The notes beneath the pieces are model-generated. The model was given only the letters and a program-made list of their open reading frames with translations. It made no database searches and was not told the origin of the DNA. From positions 124,001-188,000 of the forward strand of contig NIVC01000592.1 of assembly GCA_002269645.1 (NCBI GenBank): a stretch of 64,000 nucleotides of DNA, written 5' to 3'. This DNA is from Macrostomum lignano. Lineage: Eukaryota. The stretch's first letter is position 1, and each line of letters begins with the position of its first letter. Positions 33,701-43,929 of the stretch are shown here, piece after piece. The position numbers and the translations under genes are program-made.

Positions 33701-36700
33701 TTTTACTCGAACCTGTGCATGAAAATTGACGGATGTTGTCAAAAAAAGTCACGTCATATTGCGCACTTTTAATCACTGTGCGCGAAAACTTACATACTTT
33801 TGGATAAAATACATACATTTCAATGAGGATTTTAACCCAGAGATGTGCACAAAAATGACTAATTATGGCAAAAATATTCTTGTGAAAGAGCATTTTTCTC
33901 TCCTGCAGTGTACCAAATATCATAGAGTAAAGCTTGTATTTATTATTATTTAAAATATAGTATGTTCGTATTAAATTTACATGCATATAGTTAAAAATTA
34001 AAGATATGTGAAAAGAATGTTATTGTGAGAAAAAGAGCTTGCTAGTGTCCAGATCGCACTGGCCGACACTGGCTTGTCATCTTGAGAACGTGCACCAGAA
34101 CTAAATCCCCCTTGAAAATCATCTGGTCGCGGAATGCTGACTTGGCCACAGGCTTTGAATAAACCAGTCGGTAGCTCACTTGCTTGCGAACATTCTCTAG
34201 GGTCTACAGGGAGTTGTTTAGCGGCCCGTTGTCTTTCTTGAACTCATTCTTGGCCTTTTGCACGACGCTCCATGCGGTAGATAATAACTTGCGGTTGACA
34301 CGTCAACACACCGAGTGGTCCTGATTTCCCAGCCACTGCCATTGCGTAGGTACTTCTCTATCCGGTTGAGGATAGTCTGCATGTCGTCAGAGAAGTATTG
34401 CTCCTCCTCACTCCGAATAAGAGAGTGGACCTTGGCAGCAAACCAGGCGGTGTTCTCGGCGGCGCAGCGGCCATTAATGATGCGCTGCATCAGGACCCCG
34501 AGGCGCAGCTGAACTTTGATGGCGGTTCCTGGCTCACGTTGATGCTGGGTGATCAAGTCAATGAAAGCTTGACGAGTGTTTTCCAACAAATTCCTCGGGT
34601 CGCCGCATTCACTGGCCCGGTAAAGTCGGGACCTGCCATTAAACGCCTCCTTGATCAGTTGAAAATGAATCGTTGGGGAGTCATCTGACTCAAACAGTGC
34701 TGGTATCGCAGGGCATACCGCATAGTGCTCCTCAATGCCCCCGGTTACTGATGACTCGCAGAAGTCGCAAGTTATTTGCATTTTTGTTGTATTTTTAATT
34801 CAATCTAAAATAAATAAAAAATCTATGGGGCCGAGGTGCTTTATTTATAAAGGGTACTGGGGCCCTTCTCCCGCAGGGTCCAAACCAAATCGTTCACCAG
34901 AGACCTATCGACCAATAGAATCCCTTCTCCACATTACTCGGAAATCACTTCAAATGCTTGCTCGACCAATAGAATCCCTTCCCCTCTCTACTAGGAAATT
35001 CCAAGCAATCGGGCCCTCTACCGGATCACATTGAAACTCTGTGCTGCGTGTCACCACACGCGGTAGGAGGACACTCGCCAATGGACACTCATTCACATCT
35101 CGATACCCACCCTTGGACAATCAACCAGACACTCGGCTGCCCGACCCCTCATCTGGCCTGCTCGACCGGCCTGCCCGACCCCACTCCTGGGCTTGCCCGA
35201 CCCATTTCTCCTGCCTCCGGTATGGGATGGGGTGCTGGACAGGAAGGGGCCTTGGTATGGGATGGGGTACAGGACAGGCAGGGCCTTGGTTTGGGATGGG
35301 GTGCAGGATAGGAGGAGGCCTTGGTATGGGATGTACGGGGTGTAGGACACGAGGGGGCCTTGGTTATGAGATGGGGTGCAGGACAGGAGGGGCCTTGGTT
35401 TGGGATGGATAGGAGGGGCCCGGTTTGGGGTCGGGGGTGGGTGCGTGGGTTTGGGGTCGGGGGTGGGCGTCTTTGGGGGGCCCGGTTTGGGTCGGGGGTG
35501 GGTGCGTGGCGGTGGTGGGGTCGGGGGTGGGTGCGGCGGTGGTGGGTCTGGGGTCGGGGTGGGCGTCTTTTGGGGGCCCTCTCCCCTCATTGGCCGGGTG
35601 CCCCGGCCAATCCGGTGCGATGGCGGTAGAGGGTACCACTTTCCTACTACTTCTATGGGATCTCTATAATCTCTATGGGATCTTTATAATCTCTATGGGA
35701 TCTTTAAAATCTCTATAGGATTTTTATAATCTCTATAGGATCTCTATAATCTCTATGGGATCTTCATAATCTCTATGGGATCTCTATAATCTCTATAATC
35801 TCTATGGGATCTCTATAATCTCTATGGGATCTCTATAATCTCTATGGGATCTCTATAGTCTCTATAGGATCTTTATAATCTCTATGGGATCTTTATAATC
35901 TCTATAGGATCTTTATAATCTCTATGGGATCTCTATAATCTCTATAGGATCTTTATAATCTCTATAGGATCTTTATAATCTTTATGGGATCTCTATAATC
36001 TCTATAATCTCTATGGGATCTCTATAATCTCTATAATCTCTATGGGATCTCTATAATCTCTATAATCTCTATGGGATCTCTATAATCTCTATAGGATCTC
36101 TATAATCTTTATGGGATCTTTATAATCTCTATAGGATCTTTATAATCTCTATGGGATCTCTATAACCTCTATGGGATCTTTATAATCTCTATAGGATCTT
36201 TATAATCTCTATAGGATCTTTATAATCTCTATGGGATCTTTATAATCTCTATGGGATCTCTATAACCTCTATGGGATCTTTATAATCTCTATAGGATCTT
36301 TATAATCTCTATGGGATCTCTATAATCTCTATGGAATCTCTATAATCTTTAAGGGATCTCGAATCTCAGATGCATCATTTCGATTCTCAAAGGCATCTCA
36401 AAATCTCAAAAATGTCTAAAAAGTATCAGAAGGATCGCTATACTCTAAACTCACTAAGGTCTCACTAAATGGAATCCTTTAATAACATAAACTACAAAAA
36501 TGCCCAACTATACAGCCTGCCAAAATTAGCATTCCCAAATAATACAAAACCCACCAGCAGCAGATGCGAAGAGGCCAGCATGGCTATGCAGCCAGCGAAC
36601 ATGATGTTGACTCCACGCGGTGGCCACTTGGGAAAGACAAATGCGAATACCAGAGTGAGCAGTACAGAGAGGCTGACCACCCCGGCTATGATGTAGTGCA

Positions 36701-36773
36701 ACAGGCTGTCTGTTGCCCGACTCTCGCCAAACAGCGGCCGCTCAATGGGCTCATAGCGGCCACTGGAACTCAT
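24755..36773 (-). CDS. TMEM243: Transmembrane protein 243 homolog, 111 aa, two coding exons
   Basis: Exon 1 is 36555-36773 (73 aa, RPLFGES...FAFVFPKWPP..NIMFAGC), donor GTGGGT. Exon 2 is 24755-24871 (VYWYRQGDLEPRFRRLIY...LCVCANLYFHNV*), acceptor CCCAG. It matches the recalled human TMEM243 motifs RPLFGET and YWYRQGDLEPKFRKLIY..CANLYFHDV. The intron 24872-36554 (11.7 kb) hosts the Polinton. Confidence 0.92.
25727..25863 (+). promoter_or_regulatory. Putative promoter of the pPolB relic: duplicated 19-bp motif with inverted CCAAT box, plus TATA
   Basis: AAGGGATTCTATTGGTCGA at 25727 and 25781; TATAAA at 25858-25863, ~63 bp before the ATG at 25926. Function is inferred. Confidence 0.4.
25926..26665 (+). 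pseudogene. Internally deleted protein-primed family B DNA polymerase relic (left arm)
   Basis: The 187-aa ORF has the N-terminal ...IEKYLRNGSGWEI....VDVSTASYYLPHGAS motif. Another frame (26444-26665) reads AKNEFKKDNGPLNNSL*TLENVRKQ..LV..KP..K..F....IFKGDLVLVH, a damaged PolB motif B region. Confidence 0.7.
26850..27170. repeat. Three imperfect ~120-130-bp AT-rich repeats (TTGAAATGTATGTATTTT core) inside the Polinton arm; mirrored at ~33540-33860
   Basis: Core at ~26885, ~27014 and ~27122. Confidence 0.6.
27276..28690 (+). CDS. Polinton retroviral-like (RVE) integrase with chromodomain, two exons, ~439 aa (left arm)
   Basis: Exon 1 27276-27413 (MKKKK..IYFDCSRPGSYGG..), intron 27414-27508 (GTATGT...AAG), exon 2 27509-28690 (VKTWLQDQDVYTLH...). 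DDE residues in ELDLVEM, RTDRGKEF and IERWNRTLK; chromo-like YLVQW...SW. Confidence 0.9.
28976..29670 (-). pseudogene. PC4/SUB1-like ssDNA-binding domain protein, ~231 aa when repaired; 1-nt deletion in this arm
   Basis: ISIRKWYKFDEEYRPGLPGMELTVHQFCHL resembles PC4 [31 protein letters not shown]. The frame shifts at VLDK (~29290). Confidence 0.6.
30198..30839 (-). repeat. Internal third Polinton terminus (divergent TIR) with ~39-bp tandem expansion
   Basis: Reads ...GGGTACCACTTTCCTACTACT-TTCCTACTACT at 30808-30839. Clearly homologous to, but diverged from, the TIR at 25057. Confidence 0.88.
31035..31732 (+). pseudogene. PC4-like ORF, right-arm copy; 2-nt insertion at a different site
   Basis: Same N-terminus as the left copy; frameshift at CTGAAGAGTGTG (~31470). 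698-2 = 696 nt, equal to the left copy's 695+1. Confidence 0.6.
32034..33430 (-). CDS. Polinton RVE integrase, right-arm copy with the same 95-bp intron (33198-33292)
   Basis: The translation is identical to the left copy up to the poly-Asn tract; the C-terminal tail differs. Confidence 0.9.
34042..34781 (-). pseudogene. pPolB relic, right-arm copy
   Basis: The 187-aa ORF 34218-34781 is identical to the left copy. Confidence 0.7.
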
Positions 36774-37981
36774 TTGGCTAGAGTTTTATATTTGTCTGCT
36801 TTGGCGATTTCTGTTGGCTATTAATGTAGTTTTAGTTTTTTTGTGCTGCAATTGAAACCAAAGCAGTTAAATAGGATTTATATTTATATGATTTTTGTAC
36901 CTGAAATTTATTGCAATACAGATTACTACATTAATAGTAGAACTACAAAGAGGGGGAATCTCCCCTTGACAATTCTTTGCTACACAGGAATGGAGCAACA
37001 CAGGCACACAAAATTCAAGAACACAGGCTAAACTTTCTATTGTGCACCTTCTCAAACAAGAATCAAGTCGCCAGCTCTCTGGAATATTGAGATATTTGAT
37101 GATTATGCTAGAAAGTTGAAAATTTTCCATAAGCTCTAGTGTATTTAGTATGCCCCTGTGCACCAATCAGCACCCTTGCACCTCAGTGCAGCCTTGCCAA
37201 GTCTCTGAATTTCATCAGCAGGTCAACCACATGTGTCTGCATCAGCTTTGACTTTGCTGGTCACTAGAAGCCTTCACACAGACGGAGCTTCTGGACCTTC
37301 AACAGGTAGTACCAAGTGACTATAGACATATTGTTACAAATTTCTCAAGCTTTGCAAATTAAGCCTTGATGGTAGGCAAGCCTCAACAGTTTGGACATCC
37401 TTAGCTAGTCTCTCAAGCATTCTATCATTACCTGGATACCATTGGTACCTTTAAGAGATTATACCAAGTGACTAAAAACACCCAGATTTGAATTTCTCTA
37501 GTTTTGCTAAGCAACCCTCAACAGTGGGCAAGCCTTAACTTTAACTTTTGAAGCCACTAGAGACCCTCTAAATGGTAAAAAAACAAATAAAATTGTATAT
37601 TATTTATAAAATATAGCTTATATTTAAGATCATAATACAAAAAATTAGCACACATTAGAAACAAATAGCATATAGTTAGCATATAAAATAGGCTATATTT
37701 AAGGACTTTTGCTACACTTTTTGGTTTGGCATATTGTAACATATCTGCATATCCAATTTAAAAGTAAAGAATTTTGTATTTACTTGTCTTTTGTATTTGT
37801 ATGATAGTATTTCTATAGTATTTCTCTTTTATTGTATTTTCCACTGTATGTATTTATGTAATGTTGCATAATTGTTTTATAATTTAGTTTTGTTTTAATG
37901 AACAATATGAAAAAATATATAATAAATTGTCAATGGTTCACTCATAAGAGGTCCCCACTCTGATTTGGCACTTTCGGCTGA

Positions 37982-40900
37982 TGTGGTATATGCGCATATA
38001 AAGTATATTTCATTTCACACACATTGGCCATAGACACTGTCCCTGTTAACCCTGCGTTCTAAAGCTAATATAAGGAGAGCAAATATAAAGGAAATGAATG
38101 TTAACATCGGCATGGCAAGAGCCCGCTACCAAGCTTGAGATTACTAACCATAATTCACCTGGACTTCGAGTTGGTAACGGAAGTCGGATGTAACATTGGC
38201 GACGAGGATTCTTCAGAAGAAGACAAAATGACCGCGCCAAATACTGCTTCGAAAATCAGCACATTTGATCCGGCACAACCTGAAAGGTGGACTGTATACG
38301 AGGAGCGTCTGGAACAATACTTCATCGCTAAATCCATCACCAAAGAGGAGATTAAGCGAGCCGAGCTCATCACAGTAATTGGTGAAGACTGCTATACGTT
38401 GCTCAGAGACTTACTGTCTCCAGACTCCCCGAAGGACAAATCCTACGATGATTTAATTGAAAAGTTACGAACGCATTTCACCCCAACGCCGAAAAGAATC
38501 GTCGAGAGATACAACTTTCATCACCGAAGCCAGCAGGAAGGCGAATCCATTGCAGAGTATGTCGCGCAGCTACGGAAGTTGGCAGCGACCTGTTCGTTTG
38601 GAGGCTTTTTGTCAGAGGCGATCAGAGACAGACTGGTTTGTGGACTACGAAGCAAGCTGACACAGCAAAGGCTGCTGCAGGAGGACGATGTTTCACTGGA
38701 CGACGCAGTTAAAATCTCGACAGCAATCGAAATCGCAGAGAAGGGTGCAATGCAGATCCACACTGGAAGAGACATTGTCGGCCTGGCTCAGGCCAATGCG
38801 GTATGTGGAAGATCATCTGCTAAGGGATCGGGACCGACGAATCCGGCCAGTTCAGACGACCGGTGCTACAGGTGCCTCTCTTCTGGGCACTGGGCGAGAA
38901 ACTGTCCCAAAAGATTGCATGTATGCAGTCGATGCAATAAACCAGGTCATGTTGAGAAGGCGTGCAGGACGAAGCAGAAGCAGTTCAGCGGAAACCAACC
39001 GCCGCACAGCAAGAAGAAGTTCGAAACCAAGCAGAGCTACAAAGGTAGGAAAATAAAGCATCTGAGTGCAAATGGAAGCCCCGGCAGTAGTGAGAAGTCG
39101 TACGATTTCTCTGACGTCAAGAACGTCGCTGTCAATTCAAATTACGAGGCTAAGCGAATGAGCGCACAGAAGGCTCGGTTCAAGCCTTTCACAGAGACAC
39201 TGCAAGTCAACGGGTCTCCGATTAAATTCGAAGTGGACACCGGCGCCGAGCGCACAATTGTAAACAAATCGACAGCGGAACTAATCCGAGTTAAACCGCG
39301 CGGCACGACCTTGGTCCTCACATCTTATTCTAACGAACAGATTCCCCTACTTGGAGAGGCTGTGGTTCAGGTTGTATTTGGCGACATTGCGACGGAGCTG
39401 CAGGTCGTCGTCACTGACGGCACAAAGCAGAACCTGCTAGGTCGCGATTGGATAACGCAGCTTGATCCCCTGGCCCGGAAATACGCAGGAGAAGCGTCAA
39501 CAGTGGGAATTCTTTCCCTCGATGCTGATCACGAGCTCAAGACGATTCTAGAAGAAAATTCGGAATTATTCTCAGATGGTCTTGGGAAGATAAAACATTA
39601 TACAGCCAGACTGCATCTCAAGGAGAACACAACTCCAAAGTTTTGTAAAGCACGACCGGTACCATTTGCTCTTAAGCCCGCCATCGAGCAGGAACTCAAA
39701 AGCCTAGAGAATCAGGACATTATCCGGAAGGTGAAGACGTCTGACTATGCAAGTCCAATCGTCCCTGTGCTGAAGAAGGATGGAAAATCGATACGAATCT
39801 GTGCAGACTATAAGCGAACCATAAACCCTGCCCTCGAGGTGGACATTTATCCGCTAGGCAAGCCGGACGAACTGTTTACTCGACTCAGCGGAGGCAAATT
39901 CTTTACAAAACTGGACATATCTCAGGCCTTTCTTCAGCTGGAGCTACAGGAGGAGTGCCGCAAGTACACCACTATCAACACCCATATGGGCCTGTACGAA
40001 TACAACAGATTAGTTATGGGCCTGGCAAGCTCTTCAGCTCAGTTTCAGGAGGCTATGGACAAGATTCTGAGCGATACCGATGCGATTTGTTTCGTCGATG
40101 ATATCGTCATTAGCGCCGCATCACAAAGCGAGCATAACAAAAAGCTGAGAAACGTTTTGGTTCTGCTGAAGAACCACGGAATTAAACTGAACAAGAGCAA
40201 ATGTGAATTCATGATGCGCGAGATTGAGTTCCTCGGTCACGTGATCGACGAGAACGGCGTGCATCAGTCACCGAGAATTATGAGAGCCATCGCGGAGGCT
40301 CCAAGGCCAACCAATATTCCAGAAGTCCGCTCGCTAGTTGGGCTAATCAACTACTATAGGAAGTTCATCAGAGGCCTGTCCGACATCCTAGCACCTCTAA
40401 ATGCATTGCTCCAGAAGGACGCTGAGTTTATTTGGAGTAACGAGTGTGAACGAGCATTTGTTGCGTGCAAGTCAGCTCTAACATCTACTCAAGTACTAGT
40501 CCACTACGACCCGGACAAGCCGCTGGTTGTTCATACCGATGCGTCATGCTATGGTGTCGGCGCGGTGCTTTCACATATTATGAGCAATTCGGATGAGAAG
40601 CCAATCTGTTATGCGTCCAGAGGCCTGTCCAAGGCTGAGAAGAACTATTCGCAAATAGAAAAGGAAGGTTTAGCAATAGTCTTCGCGGTGAAAAAGTTCC
40701 ACCAGTATTTGTACGGCAGACGGTTTATTCTGGTCACTGACCATAAACCGCTTGTGACGATATTCGGTCCGAAGAACAACATTCCAAGCATAGCTGCCAG
40801 TTGGTTGCAGCGCTGGGCTGTGATTCTATCAGCCTATCAGTTCGAGATTCGATACAGGCGGACAGACGAACATGGAAATGCGGACGCGTTGTCAAGACTG

Positions 40901-42570
40901 CCGCTGGAGAATACTAAGTCCACGGAGGATGGTGTGTTCCAGAATCGCATAGAGGCTCAACCAATCGACCATGGAGAGTTAAAGAGAGCAACAGCGATGG
41001 ACGAAAATCTGTCCCGTGTTCTGCGATACTGTCGTTTTGGGTGGCCAGAACATAGCGAACAAGAGCTTCAGCCCTACCACTCGAGGCGAAACGAGCTGAG
41101 TGTTGAAGATGGAGTCATCTTTTGGGGCATCAGGATGTTGATCCCTGCTTCACTGAAGCAGCAGCTACTGCAACTGCTACACGAAGGGCACCCCGGCATT
41201 GTGGGCATGAAGTCCCTGGCACGGCTGCATGTTTGGTATCCAGGGATCGATAAAGACATCGAGACGGCTCTAACCAAATGCAAGGGTTGCCAAGCGCAGA
41301 GGAACCTGCCGCCACAGGCGCCACTGCAGCCGTTGCTCTGGCCAGAAAAGGCATGGACTCGACTTTACTTGGACTTCTTTAGTCCATGCTACGGGTTCAT
41401 GTGGCTTGTCGTTGTCGATGCCACAACCAAATGGGTTGAAATTTACCCGATGAGGTCAGCGACTGCCCATGGCACGATCACCAAGCTGCAGGAAACTTTC
41501 GCGAGATATGGTTATCCGAGGCAAATCCTCTCTGACAATGGGTCGCAGTTCACTGCTGAGGAATTTAAAAACTACCTTCGAAGCTGCCGCATCACACAAA
41601 TTCTGACGTCGGTGGGGCATCCAAGATCGAATGGACTAGCTGAACGAATGGTTCAGACCGCCAAAAGAGCGTTAAGAGCGGGCATGAAGGACTCTCATGA
41701 TGCACTAGAATGCCTAAATGCTTTTCTAGCGCGCTACCGAGTTACGCCACACTCTACAACCGGCAAGACGCCTAGCGAGATGATGCTAAAGTACTCGCCA
41801 AGAACTAAACTTAGTCATCTTCACCAGGACACCGAGCAAAGAGTTGCTGAGAAGCAGGAGCAGCAGAAGCAGCAACACGACAAGGGAGCTTCAAAAGTAG
41901 CCCGTGAGTTTGAACCTGGAGAATCTGTGCTTGTGCTCGACTTCAGGAAGCAAGGAGAGGACAAATGGGTCGTCGGAGAAATTCTTAAACGCCGTGCACA
42001 ACTCTCATATCTGGTGAAAGTAGGCCGCATGGTCTGGAAACGGCATGTGGACCACATTACTTCGACAGGACTTCAAACGGAGAGCAAGGCCGCTTTGTCC
42101 CATGAATTGCTGGAGCAGCTAATCGGGAAAGGCAATAACGAGTCGCAGGCAATTAACTCAGGCGGAGGAGCGACAACCAAGACTAGATGTGCGGAGACTG
42201 CCCAGGCCAGGAGGCATCGCTACAAGCATGAGGATGTGCCTCTAACTCAGACCAGACTGAGACCCCGAGCTGCAACTTGATGTGACGGAAATTTTTGTTT
42301 AAGAGGAAAACTTACTCTTGCACAATGACGAACAAATTTTTCTAAGGGGAGACATATGTGGTATATGCGCATATAAAGTATATTTCATTTCACACACATT
42401 GGCCATAGACACTGTCCCTGTTAACCCTGCGTTCTAAAGCTAATATAAGGAGAGCAAATATAAAGGAAATGAATGTTAACATCGGCATGGCAAGAGCCCA
42501 CTACCAAGCTTGAGATTACTAACCATAATTCACCTGGACTTCGAGTTGGTAACGGAAGTCGGATGTAACA
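37982..42570 (+). mobile_element. Full-length Ty3/Gypsy LTR retrotransposon, Mag-like, 4,589 bp
   Basis: 214-bp LTRs (37982-38195, 42357-42570; TG...CA; one mismatch seen). 5-bp TSD GCTGA. PBS TGGCGACGAGGAT (complement of the tRNA-Ser(GCU) 3' end). PPT AAGGGGAGAC. Confidence 0.97.
38228..42280 (+). CDS. Gag-Pol polyprotein, 1350 aa, uninterrupted
   Basis: Two CCHC knuckles (CYRC..GH...NC, CSRC..GH...AC), protease VDTGA, RT FVDD, RNase H TDAS..EKE, integrase HEGH..CKGC with D,D,E (LDFF, SDNG, AERMV). Confidence 0.96.
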   Translation: MTAPNTASKISTFDPAQPERWTVYEERLEQYFIAKSITKEEIKRAELITVIGEDCYTLLRDLLSPDSPKDKSYDDLIEKLRTHFTPTPKRIVERYNFHHRSQQEGESIAEYVAQLRKLAATCSFGGFLSEAIRDRLVCGLRSKLTQQRLLQEDDVSLDDAVKISTAIEIAEKGAMQIHTGRDIVGLAQANAVCGRSSAKGSGPTNPASSDDRCYRCLSSGHWARNCPKRLHVCSRCNKPGHVEKACRTKQKQFSGNQPPHSKKKFETKQSYKGRKIKHLSANGSPGSSEKSYDFSDVKNVAVNSNYEAKRMSAQKARFKPFTETLQVNGSPIKFEVDTGAERTIVNKSTAELIRVKPRGTTLVLTSYSNEQIPLLGEAVVQVVFGDIATELQVVVTDGTKQNLLGRDWITQLDPLARKYAGEASTVGILSLDADHELKTILEENSELFSDGLGKIKHYTARLHLKENTTPKFCKARPVPFALKPAIEQELKSLENQDIIRKVKTSDYASPIVPVLKKDGKSIRICADYKRTINPALEVDIYPLGKPDELFTRLSGGKFFTKLDISQAFLQLELQEECRKYTTINTHMGLYEYNRLVMGLASSSAQFQEAMDKILSDTDAICFVDDIVISAASQSEHNKKLRNVLVLLKNHGIKLNKSKCEFMMREIEFLGHVIDENGVHQSPRIMRAIAEAPRPTNIPEVRSLVGLINYYRKFIRGLSDILAPLNALLQKDAEFIWSNECERAFVACKSALTSTQVLVHYDPDKPLVVHTDASCYGVGAVLSHIMSNSDEKPICYASRGLSKAEKNYSQIEKEGLAIVFAVKKFHQYLYGRRFILVTDHKPLVTIFGPKNNIPSIAASWLQRWAVILSAYQFEIRYRRTDEHGNADALSRLPLENTKSTEDGVFQNRIEAQPIDHGELKRATAMDENLSRVLRYCRFGWPEHSEQELQPYHSRRNELSVEDGVIFWGIRMLIPASLKQQLLQLLHEGHPGIVGMKSLARLHVWYPGIDKDIETALTKCKGCQAQRNLPPQAPLQPLLWPEKAWTRLYLDFFSPCYGFMWLVVVDATTKWVEIYPMRSATAHGTITKLQETFARYGYPRQILSDNGSQFTAEEFKNYLRSCRITQILTSVGHPRSNGLAERMVQTAKRALRAGMKDSHDALECLNAFLARYRVTPHSTTGKTPSEMMLKYSPRTKLSHLHQDTEQRVAEKQEQQKQQHDKGASKVAREFEPGESVLVLDFRKQGEDKWVVGEILKRRAQLSYLVKVGRMVWKRHVDHITSTGLQTESKAALSHELLEQLIGKGNNESQAINSGGGATTKTRCAETAQARRHRYKHEDVPLTQTRLRPRAAT

Positions 42571-43475
42571 GCTGAGATTTTAAAACAGGCTCCTTGGTAT
42601 TCATTTTGTTATAATCGCGACCACAACAGAACTCGAATTCCAGGATGGACTCCACTGGATCTATTGATTGACTGCAAATGTATTATTATAGTTAAGTTAC
42701 AGCCAATCAGTAGCGCACGCCCAGTTAGCTGACATCAGCCTGGCCAATCAAATTGCAGGTGCAGATAATTTTGCTGTTTTACAGTCCAGAAGCTGCATCT
42801 TCCCATTTCAATGCTGTGTTGAATGATTTTTAATGTAATTGCACTTAATTTGTATCTAATGTAATTCTTAATATGTACTTTATATTATATTTTGGCAATT
42901 GCCATGATGTACTTAACTTTTCAAATAATTTTTTCAATGTTATATTGTATTTTCTGCTTGTTGTGAAGGTCACCTAATGGCAGTGCATCACAAAAGTGTA
43001 CAAGTAATTCCTTTTGCTTTTAAGTGTTTTGCTTGATTCATGCTATGCTCTGCGCCAGTTGTGGTAGGGAGAACCTGAGGCTCTGCTAACCCTATTAGGT
43101 TCTGGTTTTTGTGTTTGTAACTGGCTTCTTTTTTGGTACCAGACCATTATTATTTTAATATGTTTTGTTTCCTCATTGCAAATGTCTAGTTGGGAATACA
43201 AGTTCAATATCTATTTCTTCAAATTTAGTATTTATTGTAGCATAGGCCTAGTATTACATATTTTTAATAGTTATTTTCTTTACTTTGTATTTTCTTAAAC
43301 ATATACTTATATTGACAATGTGGACATTGTCTTTTCTAAGAGGATAATAATGTAACATATCTGCATATCCAATTTAAAAGTAAAGAATTTTGTATTTACT
43401 TTATGTTTTTTGTATTTGTATTATAGTATTTCTATAATATTTCTCTTTTATTGTACTTTCCACTATATGTATTTA

Positions 43476-43648
43476 CATATGTGCGCAACCTTGGAAATCA
43501 CCCGGCCATTTCTATTGGCAACATACACATGTAAGTCGCTTATTGGCTAAGAGCAGTCACGTGATTACTATTCTATCCAATATCAACATACATGTGTGTG
43601 TTGCCAATAGAAACAGCCAAGCGAATCCCAAGGTTGCGCCCAGGCATG
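43476..43648. mobile_element. 173-bp palindromic MITE, CAT...ATG termini, 8-bp TSD TGTATTTA
   Basis: TIR core GCAACCTTGG...CCAAGGTTGC. The paralogous empty site near 37850 carries a single TGTATTTA. Confidence 0.88.
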
Positions 43649-43929
43649 TGTATTTATGTAATATTGTATAATTGTTTGATAATTTAGTTTTGTTTTAATT
43701 AACAATATGAAATAATATATAATAAATTCTCAATGGTTCACTTGTAAGAGTTTGCTGCTCTGATTTAGCACTTTTGGCTGAGAATTCAAAAGAGGATCCT
43801 TGGCATTCATTTCTTTACAATATATTCAGTATTATTATACTGCATAGTATACATGATACATGTAGCTTATAAGCCTAGCATGCTAGGTCAAGATATAAAA
43901 TATATAAAAGGTCAAATAAGAAACAGATC

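Larger units (their letters stand above)
25057..35651. mobile_element. Non-autonomous palindromic Polinton/Maverick derivative, 10,595 bp
   Basis: Termini AGTAGTAGGAAAGTGG...CCACTTTCCTACTACT. 6-bp TSD TCTATG (25051-25056, 35652-35657). Arms 25057-29860 and 30845-35651 are inverted copies. Contains an RVE integrase and a pPolB relic; no ATPase, protease or capsid ORF was seen. Confidence 0.92.
24940..36360. repeat. 20-bp minisatellite (TCTATGGGATCTCTATAATC) split by the Polinton insertion: ~24940-25056 and 35652-36360
   Basis: The same unit lies on both sides of the element, in register across the TSD. Confidence 0.92.

Noticed and set aside
25057-35651. Palindrome as a pure long-read fold-back artefact
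   Set aside because: The matching TSD, the unique spacer with a third terminus and the ~7% divergent patch argue against it. Read-level confirmation is still needed.
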